Below, one piece after another: positions 26,138 through 39,600 of a stretch of 64,000 nt of DNA; positions within the stretch are counted from its first letter, which is position 1; every line of letters starts with the position of its first letter. The notes beneath the pieces are model-generated. The model ran no database searches, was not told the origin of the DNA, and saw nothing but the letters and a program-made list of their open reading frames with translations. Made by a program: the position numbers and the translations under genes. The DNA comes from Selaginella moellendorffii (lineage: Eukaryota; Plantae; Lycopodiophyta), in assembly GCF_000143415.4 (NCBI RefSeq), contig NW_003314322.1:62001-126000 (forward strand). The letters are read 5' to 3'.

Positions 26138-26870
26138 ATAGTTGGCTTGTAGAGCTTGCTGATTTTCTTGACGCTGCCAAGAGCTCTTGCTTTGCTGCAC
26201 AGCACCTGTTTTTGGATCTTGCCAGTCGCAGTTTTGTCCAAGGCCACGAGAATGACGACACTCTTTGGCACCATGAACTTTGGCAAATGCTGTCAACTGA
26301 ACGAGAGTATCTCCTCCTTGTTGCTTCTCACGCCATGCTTGAGGGAAACAAACACACATGGAGACTCGCCCCACTGCTCATCTGGCCGCACCACCACAGC
26401 AGCTTCCAGCACTGCTGGATGCCTGAAAGAAAAAGAAGCAAACTTTAATGAGAAACAAAGAAGAAAAAACTCTCCTTTTACCTGTACAAGATGCTCTCCA
26501 CTTCCAGGCTGCTAATGTCCTCCCCTCCAGAAATGATAATATTCTCGATCCTTGATCTTGATGTATCCATCGGGATGCCAAACTGCAAAGTCCCCGGAGT
26601 GGAGCCATCCTTCTCTAAAGCTCTCCAGCATTGCCTCTGGATTGTTCAAGTACCCCTTGAACACCATGTTCCCACGCATGCAAACTTCACCAATGGTGAC
26701 ACCGTCCTTGGCAACCGGTTCCAGAGTTTCAGAGTTGAGCACCTGTAAGCTGTCGAGGCAAACGTATTTCATGCCCTCCTGAGCCTTGAGCCTGGCCTGC
26801 TCATCGGGCAAAATGCTGTCCCATTTGGGATTCCACTTGCACACTGTGTATGGAGCACAGTGCATGAAAG
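26138..26870 (-). pseudogene. 3' part of a peroxisomal acyl-activating enzyme (AAE7/AAE1-like AMP-binding)
   Basis: EQARLKA, GEVCMRGNMVFKGY, GWLHSGD..V.HPDGYIKIKDR, KTATGKIQK and a C-terminal SKL. Frameshifted. Confidence 0.85.
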
Positions 26871-29631
26871 AGTGGGAAGAGGCTAGCTGCCTATTTTTCT
26901 TTCTATGCACTTCCTTTATTGTTATGTCCAGTTTATTTTTGAGTAGGTGGTATCTGTGGTTATATATATTTGAATGTGGAGTCATGCTAGAGAAATGTGA
27001 AACAACACAATGACTTGAGTTCCAACCCAGGCCCAGTGCATCTGGCATATTTCTTTTTATTGACCCACCACAATGATGAGCATCTCTTATGCTAAGAAGA
27101 AAACGTAAGCTTTTAGGTAATAGCTTATAGTGCCACAACTTCGTCTGTCTGTACCAACTGTCAGCATTGCAAACTTTGTGGAGTCATGTAGAGGCCGAGA
27201 CTCTGTAAGTTCTGTTGAAGGTGTTGTAGTGAGCATCAATAATATAGGCTAAAACAGTGGTCAACTCACAATAGCAGATAACATTGACAAGTCTGATATG
27301 ATAATAGTAAGTTCAATATAGCATGTGGATTCCTGGCAATAATCTATATGATGACAGCTCAAATTCCATGGCAACATGATAGAATTATTCAAAGAGTTGA
27401 TGAATGAATTTTTTTCTGGAACTCCACCAACAAGATGTTTCATTAATTTACAAGGAGACGGTTATTTCAAGTGAACAAATGTCACAGGCATGAGCATTGT
27501 TTCATATATAATAGACTATTTTTTGGAATATTACAAGGGAATGCACAGTGGTAAGTGCGAAAGGAAATGAAACAAGCCCATATTAAATACATGTTGTTTT
27601 GCAGATACCTGGATACTTTGAAGTAGATAAGCTCCATCCAGTTTTTATACACACAGTTTATTCATCATGCTGTGGATCAAGATTAACTTATTAATACTGT
27701 AATAACAAACTTCTAAAGATGAAGCAATATGTAAATATGTCAAGACCTATAAAGGAACACATCACGCTAAAGGCCCAGCTTCACCTTGGACAAGACACAT
27801 TCCAAGTAACTATACCTTTGCATTTGGTTGATCAATTGTATGGAACAAAAGTGTCTTGGAATGAAGACCCTACAAAAGCCAAACACTACATGTTTGGACA
27901 TCCACCAAAGGGAAAATTCTTAATCAGTGAGTCCAAAGATGTGCTTGCATTTGCACCAGAAAGAGAAAACACTTACCTCACTTTCAAAGTGTAATCAACA
28001 AGTTCTTGCATTCTAGAAACTTTGATATTCCTTCAAAAAAATAAACCTTTGCCTTTACATCTGTGCCTTTACTCTTTGATTTCTGATGTTGAAGCATGTG
28101 AAGCTTTTATGCAGAATTGGTCAGAGTCTAGAACAATGCACTGGATCTTTGCATGGAAACATGAGGAACATTTGAAAGAACCCGGCACTTGAGGTGATAT
28201 GCTCATTAAAGTTTGTGATTTGTTTATCTTAAGGCATCTGTTTTTAGGCACTTTGAGGATTGACTTACATGGGAACTTTCATTGATGGGGGGCAACGATT
28301 CCATTGAATATATTCCCAACCTTTCAACATCATAAGGTTTGTAAATCAGCTGTTTACAAACATTCCTAATTCTCCCACTAATGTATTACATGGAAAGAGA
28401 TGTATATAATGGCATTGCATGGATCACCCTGCTTCATACACTCCAATGAAATATACAGGCCCACTGTGTGTGGATTGTTGAGGCACGTTTGTGACAAAAA
28501 CTTGTGGATTATGATGTACTCTACTCACTCAGATAACTACAACTTAATGTTCTGCTCAGCAAGCAGCCAGAAGAATATCTGGTCTGTCTCTAGAGATTGC
28601 AAAGTTGTGTCAATGGTCCAAGACGACGGAACTGAAGCCAAAGTGATAGATGTTTACAATCTCAATGTGCCTTTCATTAGTGATCCAATAAACACCAAAG
28701 TGCATATCCTTCAAGGTTAATGTAATTACAGAATATGTATTTAAAAATCATGATATAGAAAAGGCTGAACTTCTTAGAATCAAGTAAGCTTTCCCATACT
28801 TTCACACAAAACTTTTAACAAAACCACCTATGAAATCTCATGCTTGAATATTTCTTTGTTAATATAAATAAACAATATCAACGAAAAGCCAACAACTGAA
28901 ATATATATGACACTCCCAGATTTTTCTTCTGATATTTCTTTCATAAAAAAAAAACATAAATGTAAAACACTACAACTACTAGATCTGCTTTAGCTCGTTT
29001 CGATTGTTTGATTGCCTTTGTCTTTTTTCCTTTTTTTTTTCTTTCTTTTTGCCGATGGAGTCTCCAAGCCATCCTGATTTCTTTGCCGAAGTCCTTGCAA
29101 AAATCTAGTCTGAGAATACCGAGCTGAAGGCGACCCTTCTTCGCATGCAGTAGGAGCTTGCTTCACTTTCGGCTCAAGGATCCAGCAAAGTTCCTGAACC
29201 GAAGGTGAGTTTCCCGGCGAAATTTTTAGGCAAGCGTTCGGAGCTTCGCGGATTTCTGAACCAAATGGAGCTGATCTTTCACTCTCGAGTCTCAAATCAG
29301 TGTGATTGGGACGTTGCTCGAAGGTGCAGTTTTGTCATGGTTTTCTCCTCTTTTGGAGAAGAGCATGAAAGGGGTCGTGGTTCCGGAGTTGATGGATCTT
29401 CAATTGTTCAAAGAGAAGCTCGAAGCATGTTTTGGCGAGACGGATCGGGTTCGGGCTGCTACCACAAAGATGAGACGTCTCTCTCAGGGGTCTCGTCCTG
29501 CCTCGATCTACGCTGCAGAGTTCCAACTCCTTGCCTTGGACACTTAGTGGGATGAGCGAGCCTTGATTGACCAATTTCGTTTCGGCCTCAACAACGGTGT
29601 CAAGGATTTGTTGCTCACCATGGAGGATCCC

Positions 29632-29754
29632 NNNNNNNNNNNNNNNNNNNNNNNNNNNNNNNNNNNNNNNNNNNNNNNNNNNNNNNNNNNNNNNNNNNNN
29701 NNNNNNNNNNNNNNNNNNNNNNNNNNNNNNNNNNNNNNNNNNNNNNNNNNNNNN
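29632..29754. other. Assembly gap (123 N)
   Basis: Run of N inside gag. Confidence 1.
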
Positions 29755-32700
29755 TCGGGGCATAGTCCTGAGCCTACTGCTTCGGTCCCAATGGATATTT
29801 CTGGTACTCCCCGACTCATTAGAGGGAAGTTGAGTCCTGCTGAGAAGCAATGTCGAATATCTCATAATCTTTGCCTCTACTATGCTGATCCTAATCACAA
29901 AGCAACTGTGTGTCCCAAGAAGCCTCCCCGACTGCTCGAGTTCACTCTGCCTCAAAGTCCACCTCTGTTGCAGTCGGGAAACGACCCTGTCCAAACAAAG
30001 TAGGAGCTGTCTGTTTGGACTCCCCGAATAAAAATCACTTTTCTTTTTTATCAAGCTCCTCACCACCTTTCATCAAAGCCACCACCAATTCCCGCAACTT
30101 CCGCGTCCCATGCCTCCTTTCTTTCACCGGACAATCAGGACTCAAGGCTCTGGCGCTACTGGACTCGGGTGCAACTTCCTACTTCATGGACACGGACTTT
30201 GCTTCCCGACATCATGTTCCTCTTTCTCCTACCATACGGGATCTGAGGGTTGAAGGCATTGGTGAGCATTTTGTGTCTCCATCTTCTAGACTTAGGGAAA
30301 TGTTGCCCGTTCGAATACACATCGGGTCCACCCTCACCAATATCGCCTTCAACATCATCAACAACAAGTCTTCCTCTGTGGTGCTTGGTCTTCCTTGGTT
30401 CCGACTACATCAACCTCAGATTTGTTGGAAGGAATTACAGCTCATCTCTCCCACATCACCATCTCCCACGGCTTCCCCTACTGTTCATTGAGTCCGAATC
30501 AGGAAAAGTTCCCTAAACTCAAATCGGGGTTTTGTTCCTGACTCTATGAAGTTTTCACCCTCTTCTTTTTCCTCTCTTCTATCTTACACTGGACAGTATC
30601 CTCGTCTTATCATTCCATTTAGTCGTACACCTCCTCCTATCTCCACAATCACTATGAAAGAACTCCTTCATGAAGAACCTGTTTTCCTTTTTGCTTTGCA
30701 TGTTTTTCCTATCAGTCTTCCTGAGAAGTATCATGATTTTGGGGATGTGTTTGACAAGAAAAAAGCTAGTGTAATGCCTGTTCATTGGCCTTATGACTGT
30801 CCCATTGATTTACAGGAAGGAGCGTCACCTCCGTGGGGGCCTATCTACGGGTTATCCCCGTCCGAGCTTAAGGCCCTCAAAGAGTATGTGGATGAGAACC
30901 TTGCCTCGGGGTACATTCAGCATTCGCAGTCCCCGGTTAAAGCACCTGTCTTCTTTGTCAAGAAGAAGGATGGGAGTTTGCGGCTAGTCATCGATTACCA
31001 AGGTTTGAACAAGGTGACTGTTTGGAACTGTTATCCGCTGCCCCTGATCTCGGACCTGTTGGAATGCCTCGACCTTGCCTGCTTCTTCACCAAGATTGAC
31101 CTTCGTGGCGCATACAACCTAATTCGGATCCGGCCTGGTGATGAATGGAAGATTGCGTTCTGAACCCGCTATGGCCACTTCGAGTACACTGTCATGCCAT
31201 TTGGCTTGACAAATGCTCCAGCAGTTTTCCAACACATGGTGAACGACGTCTTTCGGGAGTTTCTTGATCAGATGGTGATCGTCTACCTCGATGACATCCT
31301 CATCTACTCAAAAACTCAGGAGGAGCACAGCGAACATGTACGCAAGGTGCTGGCGAAGCTGCGAGAACACGGCCTATATGCGAAGCTTGAGAAATGTTCC
31401 TTTGATCAGCAGTCTGTGGAGTTCCTTGGGTACATTGTCACTCCTGAGGGTATCACGATAGATTCTGCCAAAGTCAAGACTATTCTCGAGTGGGAGCCTC
31501 CACAATCAATGTCGGACGTTCAGGTTTTCCTTGGCTTCGCCAACTTCTACCGTAAATTCATTGATCACTACTCTGACATTGTCCTTCCTCTCACACATCT
31601 CACTCGCAAGGATGTTCCCTTCTCTTGGTCTGCTGCTGCCCAACATGCCTTCGACACACTCAAGGCAGCCTTCAGTTCTACTCCTGTTTTGATCCATGCT
31701 AATTCCTCACAACCTTTCTTCATCAAGGCTGACGCCTCTGACTTTGCCATCGGTGCTATGCTGTCTCAACTCGGAGCGAATCAAGAACTTCATCCGGTCG
31801 CTTTCCATTCTCTGAAATTCCAGCCTGCGGAGATCAATTACGAAATCCACAACAAGGAGCTCTTTGCCATCGTGGATTCCTTTGGAGAGTGGCGCCGCTT
31901 GGAGGGGGCAGGCCATCAAACAACAGTCTGGATGGATCACAAAAATCTCGAGTACTTTGCCACTTCCCGAGTTTTAAGCCGTCGTCAAGCAAGGTGGGCA
32001 CAATTCCTGAGTCGGTTTGACTTTGTTATCAAGTACAGACCTGGAAAGCTTCAAGGCCTTCCTGATGCTCTTTCAAGGCGCTCCTATCTCAGTCTCAGGC
32101 CTGGTAATCCTGCCTTCGATCAACAAGATCAAGTTATCCTCGGTCCTGATCGGCTTCAAGTTATGGCAATTTCTCTGGCCCCTCAGGACTCCTCCTTGAT
32201 GGATGCAATCAGAAAAAAACTTCAATCCAATGATCTCGCTACAATCCAATGATCTCGATAGCGAAAATATCGCTAGTAGCGACATTTTCCCCCATCTTCA
32301 GGCTGTGACTCCCGACTGCCGGCGATTTGATGAGTTTGAGTTCTTAGATGGCTTATTATACCGTGGGGAGCAGCTTTACGTTCCTGAAGGTGATGCTCGA
32401 AGGTTGGTTCTGATGGCGTGCCACGATAGCCCAACTGCTGGTCACTTCGGCATTGCGAAAACCTATGAGCTAGTTGCACGGGACTTTTGGTGGCCTCACA
32501 TGGACGACTACATCAAAGCTTTTGTTACCTCCTGTGACACTTGCGCCCAGAATAAGGTACCTCACCACCTTCCTTCAGGTTTGCTTCGTTCCCTTCCGGT
32601 CTCTTCAGGTCCTTGGGAATCCATCTCCATGGATTTCTTGAGTGATCTTCCGAGTTCTGGAGGCTTCAACAACATTTTAGTCGTGGTGGATCACTTCACA

Positions 32701-33785
32701 AAGATGGCACACTTCTTGCCATGTACCAAGGAGTTTTCGGGCAAGGACATGGCAAAACTGGTATTCAGGGAAATTTTCCGACTTCATGGGATTCCTACAT
32801 ATGTGGTTTCGGATCGGGGGCCTCAGTTCATCTCTCATTTCTGGCAACGGTTTTTGCAGCTGCTTGGAGTGAAGGCCAACCTCTCTTCAGTGTATCATCC
32901 TCAAACTGATGGGCAGTCCGAGCGAACGATTTAGACGTTGGAACAATTCTTGAGGTGCTTCATCAACTATCATCAGGATAACTGGTTCAATATCCTTCCC
33001 CTTGCTGAGTTCTCCTATAACAACTCTGTTCACTCCTCTCTTTGAATTTCCCCCTTCTTTGCAAACTCTGGCCGAAATCCCTGATTCAATCTCTCACTTC
33101 TTTCTCCATCCGAATCCTCTCGTTCAAATCCCCGCTCTGAGGCATTTGTCTCCAGCCTCCAGGAAATCCACAACTCCATCTCCTTCCACCTCCATCGTGC
33201 TCAGGAATCTCACAAAACATTTACCAATGTCCATCATCAGGATTGTCCCCCTTACAATATCGGGGATAAAGTCTGGCTCCTCAAGTGAAATATCTCCACC
33301 ACCAGGCCCTATCCAAAACTTGATTTCAAATGCTTCGGTCCTTTCCCTATCACTGCCATCATTAATCCTGTCACTTATCGCCTTGCAATTCCCTCCTCAT
33401 ATCAAATTCACCCTGTTTTTCACTCCTCTCTCCTTGAGCCTTATATTCCCAGTCCTATTCCCAATCGGGTCATTCCTCCACCTCCACCAGTGCAGCTCGA
33501 GGATGGGTCTGAGTACGAGGTTTAGGACATCCTTGATTCCAAGATTTCATAGTCTAAACTCTACTATCTAGTCGACTAGAAGGGTTACGGACTTAAAGAA
33601 CGCACTTGGGAACCTGTAGACAACCTGATTCATTCTCCTGACCTTGTTCAGGACTTCCACTGCCACTATCCTTCTCATCCCAGTCCTCATTCTTTTCCTC
33701 CATCTCCCATCCCTCGCCGCTCATCTCATCCTCCTCGTCGTTCTCATTCACATCCTTGTTCCACTCATTCTTGAGGAGGGGGTGC

Positions 33786-34172
33786 TGTCAAGAATCCCTC
33801 AATTCTTGCCACATTCCTAACTCTCGCCGGATTCCTGATCTGCAGACCACATTCCTGATTCTCGAGACACTTCCCTATTCCTGACTCTCAAGACACTTCC
33901 CTATTCCTGACTCTCTGATTTCTTGTACGATTCCTGAGTTTCGAGCCACATTCTTGATATTGATGTGGCACCTCCTCGACCTCAGCTATATTTAGGCCAT
34001 CCTCAATCCGAGAGTGGTGGAGCTTCATCGACCTATAGTATATATAGGTTAGCCTTGTTCTATTTCTCCACAATTTAAATCAACACCAGTCTAAGGCCTC
34101 TTCTTTGTTTCCACTAGCTTTTCTCTTTGTCTTTTGCATTTTCCAATCTTGATCTTGTTGGGGGTCTTGACA
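33786..34172 (+). repeat. 3' LTR of chromovirus (387 bp)
   Basis: TGTCA..TGACA ends; inverted match to 40098-40458 plus a 26-bp internal tandem duplication. Confidence 0.9.
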
Positions 34173-35149
34173 CATTGTACATATATGCTCCTTCAGAATC
34201 AAGCTCAACCTGCAAAGTTAAACATATCATAAGGTGAAATACCCTTGAAAAAGAAAAAAATCTGGCTGAGCTGCAGGATGCTCATCAATGCTCTGGTATC
34301 AATTTATATTCCAGCAGAGCTGGGGTCTCTGCTATAATAGTACTGCACGATAGGAATAAAGTGGGTAGGTAGAGAACAAAAACAAGTTGCCATTCCATAG
34401 CCAGAAAAAAAGCTATTTTGATTCACTAAGATCAAGGTACAATTTAGTATAGTACTTTTTTCATTTATAATTACAGAATTTTTGAAACTCTTACAGATTT
34501 GAAAACTCATGGCCTCTGTTGTGGCAAGAAACTGTGCTGTTGGGATCCAAGGCAGTCCTCTAACAAACACCAGATAAAGTAATAATAGCACAAATAATAA
34601 ATATTCACCTATAGCCAGCAACGAAGTAATGGACGACAATGAAGATTTGAACCTTGGCAAGCTCGTCAGACCCATATCTCATTACCCATTATACTTTTAG
34701 CATTGACCATTGAGCGTCATATACCAAAAGAAGAAAAACAAGAAGAAAAAGAAGGGCAAGAACATCGTGAAGAAGAAGAAGAAGCAAAAATCTTAAGAAA
34801 CAGAACACAGTGAAAGCTTGGAAATGGAATAGAAAATGCGGCCTACAGACATATGTCCTTTCAGAACCTTTCTTTAGTTGGCTGAATTTTCCTATTTCTT
34901 GTGCAGAGGTTGAACTTTGTCAAACTATGAGCGCTAGCTTCCCCGGATTTGGATGATGTCAAAGGATTTCTTAAGCATGGAAACACTCATCAGAGGCAGC
35001 AGACACAATTTATGACGACTTAACTTGGACTATAAGAGCCTTGTATCAGTGGCCCACTTCATCATGGAACAATGCTCATCTTTAGATCATCAATCACTGC
35101 CAAGAAAATTCGAGGAGGAAGAAGACATGCCAAGCTGCAATACCTGAGG

Positions 35150-35595
35150 ATGGGAGGTTGGAGAGGGAACATTTTGGTTTTGCTTCTGCTGTCTCTGAGC
35201 TTGGGTGTTTTGGCTCATGATGAGAGTGGAGGATACAGGAATGGCTACCACAGTTACTCGAGATCCTGTCCTCAAGCCAAGAGAATCATCAGAGACACTC
35301 TGAGCAAGCATACCAATTGGCACAGGACGATACCAGCAGGAGTTCTTCGCTTGCACTTCTACGATTGTTTCATCGACAGGAGTAGCTTTGCAAGATTTAA
35401 ATTCTGGTCTTCTAACTTTGCTGTTCTTCAGAACTGTGATGGATTAGTTCTTCTTGACTCAACTCCCACCGATGGAAGTAAAGTGTAAAAATTGTCCCTT
35501 CCAAGCCTCATGTCCGCCAAGAGCTTCATTTTTGTCCTGGTGTTGTCTCCTGCGCTGACACTCTTGCCATAGCTGCCAGATATTCAACCGTCATG
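35150..35595 (+). pseudogene. 5' fragment of a class III secretory peroxidase
   Basis: Signal peptide, YSRSCPQAK.II, LRLHFYDCF, CDGLVLLDST and CPGVVSCADTLAIAAR. Contains a stop and an internal deletion. Confidence 0.85.
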
Positions 35596-36620
35596 GTAAG
35601 TTTAGCATCTTTTTAGAAATACTGGATCAAGTTCTAAGATGGAGAGGAAAGTATTACCAAGTCCGAACTGGATGCTACCATAGAAGAGTTTCCATCCAGA
35701 ACGTAGCAACACCTTACAATCTCCGTTTGGGGATGCATCAGCTCTCATTAAAAACACTGGATATTTCAATTGGCTCCAAAACTGTAAAACAGTTGTAAAT
35801 CACAAAATTTACGAACCAGCCAGTTCTCGCCTTTATAGGATGATCCTTTTGACAGCAGAATAGTACGCAATGGCCAGCTCAATCCAGGGCACTGGAATTT
35901 GAAGACATTGCAGCCAATTCTTGGAGATCTTCCGAACAAACAATGGAGGCTGAAGTGAAATCCAGTAAAGTTTACCTTCCATGTACCAACTTATAGCATG
36001 GCAGGAGAGTCCCGCAGCCAAGTCATGGTGTAGGCGTACTTCATCATGAGATTGAGCAGTGGGCGCTCCATCACCTGCTCTTGATTCTACACAAACACAT
36101 CCAGCCGAAACCAGAGTCACTCGTGGGACTCGATGTCTGGGACACAGGAATGCCACTTGTTTACTCCTCCCATTTTCTCCTTGGCCTCGTTTTGGATGAA
36201 GGCCTGGTCCTCGAGGATGGCAGCATCCATGCTCTTTTTGCAGCGATACTCCTCTCGCCCCATGTTTGCCCCAATCTGCCTGATCACCCTAAAAAATTTC
36301 ACTTTTTTTTGGAGCATCATTGAAATCACATTGAAGCGTCACCACCCTTTTGGCATGTGATCTATGCCATCTATTTGAATTTTTTGAATTTGAATCTTTA
36401 AATTATAAGTATATTCACAAATAATATTCTAAAAATGGAATAAAAGATGCCAGATGCTATATGCCAATAGCACTTTTAAATAAGGGAGTACTAGCAAAAG
36501 TCCCAGCTACGCTGGGAGCATTGTCTTTATTTTTGATATTTTAATAATTTCAAAGAGTTGTAAGCGTAATTGTAATTTTAACATAATCATAATTATAAGA
36601 TATATAATTAAACATAACAT

Positions 36621-39600
36621 AGTCGGGCTATCGTGGCACGCCATCAGAACCAACCTTCGAGCATCACCTTCAGGAATGTAAAGCTGCTCCCCACGGTATA
36701 ATAAGCCATCTAAAAACTCGAACTCGTCAAATCGCCGGCAATCGGGAGTCACTGGGTGTCCAGCCTGAAGATGGGGGAAAATGTCACTGGCGAGATCATC
36801 GGATTGAAGATCGTTTCTGATTGCATCCATCAAGGAGGAGTCCTGAGGGGCCAGGGAAATTGCCATAACTTGAAGCCGATCAGGACCGAGGATAACTTGA
36901 TCCTGTTGATTGAAGGCAAGATTACCAAGCTTGAGACTAAGATAGGAGTGCTTTGAAAGAGCATCAAGAAGGCCTTGAAGCTTTCCAGGTCTGTACTTGA
37001 TAACAAAGTCAAACCAACTCAAAAATTGTGCCCACCTTGTTTGACGACGGCTTAAAACTCGGGAAGTGGCAAAGTACTCGAGATTTTTGTGATCCATCCA
37101 GACTATTGTTTGATGGCCCGCCCCCTCCAAGAAATGGCGCCACTCTCCAAAGGAATCCACGATGGCAAAGAGCTCCTTGTCGTGGATTTCGTAATTGATC
37201 TCCGCAGGCTGGAATTTCCGAGAATGGAAAGCGACCGGATGAAGTTCTTGATCCGCTCCGAGTTGAGACAGCACAGCACCAATGGCAAAGTCGAAGGTGT
37301 CAACCTCGATGAAGAAAGGTTGTGAAGAATCAGCATGGATCAAAACGGGAGCAAAACTGAAGGCTGCCTTGAGTGTGTCGAAGGCATGTTGGGCAACAGC
37401 AGACCAAGAGAAGGGAACATCCTTGCGAGTGAGATGCGTGAGAGGAAGGACAATATCAGAGTAGTGATCAATGAATTTGTGGTAGAAGTTGGCGAAGCCA
37501 AGGAAAACCTAAACGTCTGACATTGATTGTGGAGGCTCCCACTCGAGAATAGTCTTGACTTTGGCAGGATCCATCGTGATACCCTCAGGAGTGACAATGT
37601 ACCCAAGGAACTCCACAGACTGCTGATCAAAGGAACATTTCTCAAGCTTTGCGTATAGGCCGTGTTCTCGCAGCTTTGCCAGCACCTTGCGTACATGTTT
37701 GTCGTGCTCCTCTTGAGTTTTTGAGTAAATGAGGATGTCATCGAGGTAGACGATCACCATCTAATCAAGAAACTCCCGAAAGACGTCGTTCGCCATGTGT
37801 TGGAAAACTGCTGGAGCATTTGTCAAGCCAAATGGCATGACAGTGTACTCAAAGTGGCCATAGCGGGTTCGGAATGCAGTCTTCCATTCATCACCAGGCC
37901 GGATCCGGATTAGGTTGTATGCGCCACGGAGGTCAATCTTGGTGAAGAAGCGGGCACCACCGAGGCATTCCAACAGGTCCGAGATCAGAAGCAGCAGATA
38001 ACGGTTCCGAACAATCACCTTGTTCAAACCTTGGTAATCGATGACTAGCCGCAAACTCTCATCCTTCTTCTTGACAAAGAAGATAGGCACTCCATCTGGG
38101 GACTGTGAATGCTGAATGTACCCCGAGGCAAGGTTCTCATCCACGTACTCTTTGAGGGCCTTAAGCTTGGACGGGGATAACCCATAGATAGGCCCCCACA
38201 GAGGTGATGCTCCTTCCTGTAAATCAATGGGACACTCATAAGGCCAATGAACAAGCAGTACACTAGCTTTTTTCTTGTCAAACACATCCCCAAAGTCATG
38301 ATACTTCTCAGGAAGACTGACAGGAAAAACATGCAAAGCAAAAAGGAAAATAGGTTCTTCATGAAGGAGTTCTTTCATAGTGATTGTGGAGATAGGAGGA
38401 GGTGTACGACTAAATGGAATGATGAGACGAGGATACTGTCCAGTGTAAGATGGAAGAGAGGAAAAAGAAGAGGGTGAAAACTTCATAGAGTCAGGAACAC
38501 AACCCCGATTTGAGTTTAGGGAATTTTTCCTGATTTGGACTCAATGAACAGTAGGGGAAGCCGTGGGAGATGGTGATGTGGGAGAGATGAGCTGTAATTC
38601 CTTCCAACAAATCTGAGGTTGATGTAGTCGGAACCAAGGAAGACCAAGCACCACAGAGGAAGACTTGTTGTTGATGATGTTGAAGGCGATATTGGTGAGG
38701 GTGGACCCGATGTGTATTCGAACGGGCAACATTTCCCTAAGTCTAGAAGATGGAGACACAAAATGCCCACCAATGCCTTCAACCCTCAGATCCCGTATGG
38801 TAGGAGAAAGAGGAACATGATGTCGGGCAGCAAAGTCTGTGTCCATGAAGCAGGAAGTTGCACCCGAGTCCAGTATTGCCAGAGCCTTGAGTCCTGATTG
38901 TCCGGTGAAAGAAAGGAGGCATGGGACGCGGAAGTTGCGGGAATTGGTGGTGGCTTTGATGAAAGGTGGTGAGGAGCTTAATAAAAAAGAAAAGTGATTT
39001 TTATTCGGGGAGTCCAAACAGACAGCTCCTACTCTGTTTGAATAGGGTTGTTTCCTGACTGCAACAGAGGTGGACTTTGAGGTAGAGTGAACTCGAGCAG
39101 TTGGGGAGGCTTCTTGGGACACACAGCTGCTTTATGATTAGGATCAGCACAGTAGAGGCAAAGATTATGAGATATTCGACGTTGCTTCTCAGCAGGACTC
39201 AACTTCCCTCTAATGAGTCGGGGAGTACCAGAAATATCCATCGGGACCGGAGCAGTAGGTTCAGGAGTATGCCCCGAAGACTCAAGCTAGGATTCCTGAG
39301 TCTGGGACGGAAAAACAGCGGCACGGCGACTTTTCTGATGACGTTCAAAGAGACGATTGTCACATTGAACAGCTTTGTTGATGGAGTCCGACAGGTCCTT
39401 GGGATCCTCCATAGTGAGCAACAAATCCTTGACACTGTTGTTGAGGCCAAAATGAAATTGGTCAATCAGAGCCTGCTCATCCCACTGAGTGTCCAAGGCA
39501 AGGAGTTGGAACTCTGCAACGTACATCGAGGCAGGACGAGACCCCTGAGAGAGACGTCTCATCTTTGTGGTAGCAGCCTGAACCCGATCCGTCTCGCCAA

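Larger units (their letters stand above)
24800..27620 (+). repeat. ~2.8-kb direct repeat of 44360-47210
   Basis: Near-identical sequence and ORF translations (e.g. 25658-26782 vs 45234-46505). Confidence 0.95.
28990..34172 (+). mobile_element. Tcn1-like chromovirus (Ty3/gypsy): gag-pol-chromodomain and 3' LTR, 5' LTR absent here
   Basis: gag [48 protein letters not shown], integrase SMDF/SDRGPQF, and chromodomain EYEV.DILDS..YYLVD.KGY...TWEP (~33500-33670). PPT at 33771-33785, LTR at 33786-34172. Multiple stops. Confidence 0.93.

Noticed and set aside
18992-26870. SDR + ALDH + phosphatase + CoA ligase + peroxidase as a biosynthetic gene cluster
   Set aside because: All are truncated, lesion-bearing fragments among Helitron ends, not complete genes.
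36507-36620. Hydrophobic C-terminal extension on the RNase H/integrase ORF as an env-like TM domain
   Set aside because: It is read-through across the breakpoint into AT-rich Helitron sequence.
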